Positions 61,905 through 64,000 of a DNA stretch of 64,000 bases are shown here, one piece after another. The notes beneath the pieces were generated by a model. That model ran no database searches. It saw only the letters and a program-made list of their open reading frames with translations, and was not told where the DNA came from. Made by a program: the position numbers and the translations under genes. Within the stretch, counting starts at the first letter, position 1. Every line of letters begins with the position of its first letter. This DNA is from Candidatus Saccharimonadota bacterium (lineage in GTDB: Bacteria; Patescibacteriota; Saccharimonadia; Saccharimonadales; SLHW01). Where the stretch lies: positions 51,071-115,070 of the forward strand of contig JBJHDA010000001.1 in the NCBI GenBank assembly GCA_050486305.1, in the 5' to 3' direction.

Positions 61905-64000
61905 ATGAAGCGAGTTTTAAAACATATGCTGGGCGACCCGCAGATTCGCACGATCCGGCGACTGCGAAAGCGTGTTAAAGATGTTAATCTGCACACTGAC
62001 ACGTTCAAGAAAATGTCAGATGCAAAATTAAAAAAGCAGACTGATGTCCTAAAAAAGCGTTTGAAGAAAGACTCACTCGATACAATTTTACCCGAGGCCT
62101 TCGCTCTGGTTCGTGAGGCTGCTGATCGAACGGTGGGCATGCGGCACTTTGATGTACAGATTATCGGCGGCATTGCCCTGCATGAAGGGAGCGTTACTGA
62201 GATGAAAACCGGTGAGGGAAAAACCCTTGTCGCCACCGCACCGGTTTACCTCAACGCATTAACGGGTAAAGGTGTCCACGTTGTGACCGTAAATGATTAC
62301 TTAGCTCAGCGTGATGCCGGCTGGATGGCAGAAATATACGACTTTCTTGGGCTTTCTGTCGGTGTTATTATCGCGAACAGCTCATTTATTTTCGACAAAT
62401 CATTCAAAAACGATGATCACGATGATCCGCGCTTCCGTCATCTTAAGCCATGTACGCGTCAAGAGGCTTATGCGGCGGACATAACCTACGGAACGAACAA
62501 TGAGTTCGGCTTCGATTATCTTCGCGATAACATGGTTCGTGAAGTCGATCAGCTTCGGCAGCGTGAGCCACACTATGCGATCGTTGACGAGGTTGACTCG
62601 ATCCTTATCGACGAAGCTCGTACGCCACTTATTATTTCTGCGCCTTCCGTCACGAGCGGCAGCGCCTATGCACAGTTCGCAAAAGTAACCAGACAGTTAG
62701 AGCGGGATACTCACTATGAAGTCGACGAGAAGCGCCGAACGGTTGTATTGAACGATGCTGGGGTTGAAAAAGTACAGAAAATACTCGGCGTTGATAATAT
62801 TTACGGGTCCGAACACATCAGGACGATTTACCACCTGGAACAAGCACTGAAAGCTCAGGCAATTTTTAAACGCGATAAAGACTATGTCGTGACGAATGAC
62901 GGTGAAGTAGTGATTGTTGACGAGTTTACCGGACGATTGATGCACGGTCGTCGTTATAACGAGGGGCTCCACCAGGCGATCGAAGCAAAAGAAGGTGTTG
63001 AGGTGCAGCAAGAATCTATGACGCTCGCCACTATTTCGTTCCAAAATTACTTTCGGCTGTACGACAAGTTAGCTGGTATGACCGGTACCGCAATGACCGA
63101 AAGCGAAGAGTTTCACCAGATTTATAAGCTAGATAGCGTCGAAATACCGCCGAACCGGCCGCTTGTCCGAAAAGATATGCCGGATAAGATTTACAAGTCA
63201 GAAATGGGGAAGTTCCGGGCGATTATCCGTCAGGTGAAGGCGCTCCACCAAAAGGGACAGCCAGTCCTTATTGGTACGAACTCTATCGAAAAGAATGAGC
63301 TACTCGGCAACCTATTGCACGAAGAAAAGATTCCGCATCAAGTCTTGAACGCAAAAAACAACGAAAAAGAAGCAGCCATCGTCGCGAAGGCCGGTCAAAA
63401 AGGTGCGGTGACATTGGCGACGAACATTGCCGGTCGTGGTACTGATATCGTGCTTGGTGAGGGGGTAAAAGACCTTGGCGGACTGTTCGTACTCGGTACC
63501 GAACGGAACGATTCTAGGCGTGTCGACAACCAGCTGCGTGGCCGTGCCGGGCGACAAGGTGACCCGGGCGCCAGTCAGTTCTATGTCAGCACCGAGGATC
63601 ATCTGATGCGCGTGTTCGGTGGTGAAAAAATCGGCAACTTTATGAGTCGACTGGGAGCAGATGACGAAACACCGATCGAAAGCCGCTTTATCTCCAAGAG
63701 CCTCGAGGCAGCTCAGAAGCGGGTCGAGGGTTATAATTTTGACGCTAGAAAAAACGTGGTGAAGTACGACGACGTGATGAACCGCCACCGCCGTGCAACC
63801 TACGTAATGCGGCGTGAAATACTACACGAGGCCGACATAAAAAAACGTATTAAGATTTTTGTCGAGGAAGAAGCTGCGCAATTAGCGAGCTCGCCGCTCC
63901 TTACCACAGATAAATTTGAGTCTATCGTTACTCATGTATTTCCGCTTGATGATGCGGCGCTGGACCGGCTGTTTGATACTGATGCGGAAAAATTCCAGGA
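61905..64000 (+). CDS. secA: Preprotein translocase ATPase SecA, 3-prime end cut by window edge
   Basis: Not in the ORF track because no stop lies in the window. My translation from ATG 61905 gives [13 protein letters not shown]...[38 protein letters not shown]...[17 protein letters not shown]...[21 protein letters not shown]. The three minus-strand track ORFs here are antisense shadows. Confidence 0.95.
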   Translation, partial: MKRVLKHMLGDPQIRTIRRLRKRVKDVNLHTDTFKKMSDAKLKKQTDVLKKRLKKDSLDTILPEAFALVREAADRTVGMRHFDVQIIGGIALHEGSVTEMKTGEGKTLVATAPVYLNALTGKGVHVVTVNDYLAQRDAGWMAEIYDFLGLSVGVIIANSSFIFDKSFKNDDHDDPRFRHLKPCTRQEAYAADITYGTNNEFGFDYLRDNMVREVDQLRQREPHYAIVDEVDSILIDEARTPLIISAPSVTSGSAYAQFAKVTRQLERDTHYEVDEKRRTVVLNDAGVEKVQKILGVDNIYGSEHIRTIYHLEQALKAQAIFKRDKDYVVTNDGEVVIVDEFTGRLMHGRRYNEGLHQAIEAKEGVEVQQESMTLATISFQNYFRLYDKLAGMTGTAMTESEEFHQIYKLDSVEIPPNRPLVRKDMPDKIYKSEMGKFRAIIRQVKALHQKGQPVLIGTNSIEKNELLGNLLHEEKIPHQVLNAKNNEKEAAIVAKAGQKGAVTLATNIAGRGTDIVLGEGVKDLGGLFVLGTERNDSRRVDNQLRGRAGRQGDPGASQFYVSTEDHLMRVFGGEKIGNFMSRLGADDETPIESRFISKSLEAAQKRVEGYNFDARKNVVKYDDVMNRHRRATYVMRREILHEADIKKRIKIFVEEEAAQLASSPLLTTDKFESIVTHVFPLDDAALDRLFDTDAEKFQ

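Noticed and set aside
61862-63788. Three minus-strand ORFs (61862-62236, 62697-63044, 63312-63788) listed in the track at the right end.
   Set aside because: The + strand frame starting at ATG 61905 translates to an unmistakable SecA that runs off the window. The minus-strand ORFs are antisense artefacts.
1-64000. CRISPR arrays, tRNA/rRNA genes, IS elements and inteins.
   Set aside because: I found no short regularly spaced repeats, no cloverleaf-like GTTCGAATC-type segments in the intergenic regions I read, no transposase-like ORFs and no intein-like insertion in NrdJ or other hosts. Absence is based on visual reading only.

Overview
By-eye analysis only; no searches or computations were run. 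The window reads as part of a small, tightly packed, almost entirely + strand-coded genome of a reduced monoderm bacterium. Gene content and architecture fit Patescibacteria/CPR, Saccharibacteria-like, but that placement is inference. About two thirds is housekeeping. The left flank is rpsU (edge-truncated), yqeY-like, adk, map, ftsA, ftsZ, nrdR, nrdJ, ileS behind a T-box leader, and rplU. The right flank is parAB, lepB, an LCP protein, htrA, prmC-prfA-rpmE (minus strand), rpsB-tsf-frr-uppS-rseP, a CPBP protease, proS, greA, lysS, a lysA-like decarboxylase, rRNA methyltransferases, an M14 peptidase, a Cas4-like nuclease, serS, hpf and secA (edge-truncated and absent from the ORF track). The main signal is a ~22 kb island (about 12.4-34.8 kb) between rplU and parA. 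It holds three consecutive giant envelope proteins (2296, 2651 and 1813 aa) plus a 250-aa single-pass membrane protein. The first two giants share a conserved N-terminal domain, paralogous promoters and CA-rich leaders, and are built from phage tail-fibre/tailspike-type modules. These modules are a right-handed beta-helix, IGIGT..P...LDV stalk units, YadA-head-like repeats and, in giant 1, a peptidase-S74 intramolecular chaperone motif SSARFK. Giant 2 carries a 1598-bp direct repeat, identical at every point I compared, with an in-frame 1737-bp period. Giant 3 has 18 Kelch-like blades followed by a polyglycine domain. I interpret the island as a candidate cell-borne, tail-fibre-like host-recognition or adhesion apparatus; that is inference. 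Smaller items are an Ile T-box, NrdR boxes, rpsB-cluster gene losses, an INS-less ProRS and a 7-TM protein with a histone-like tail.
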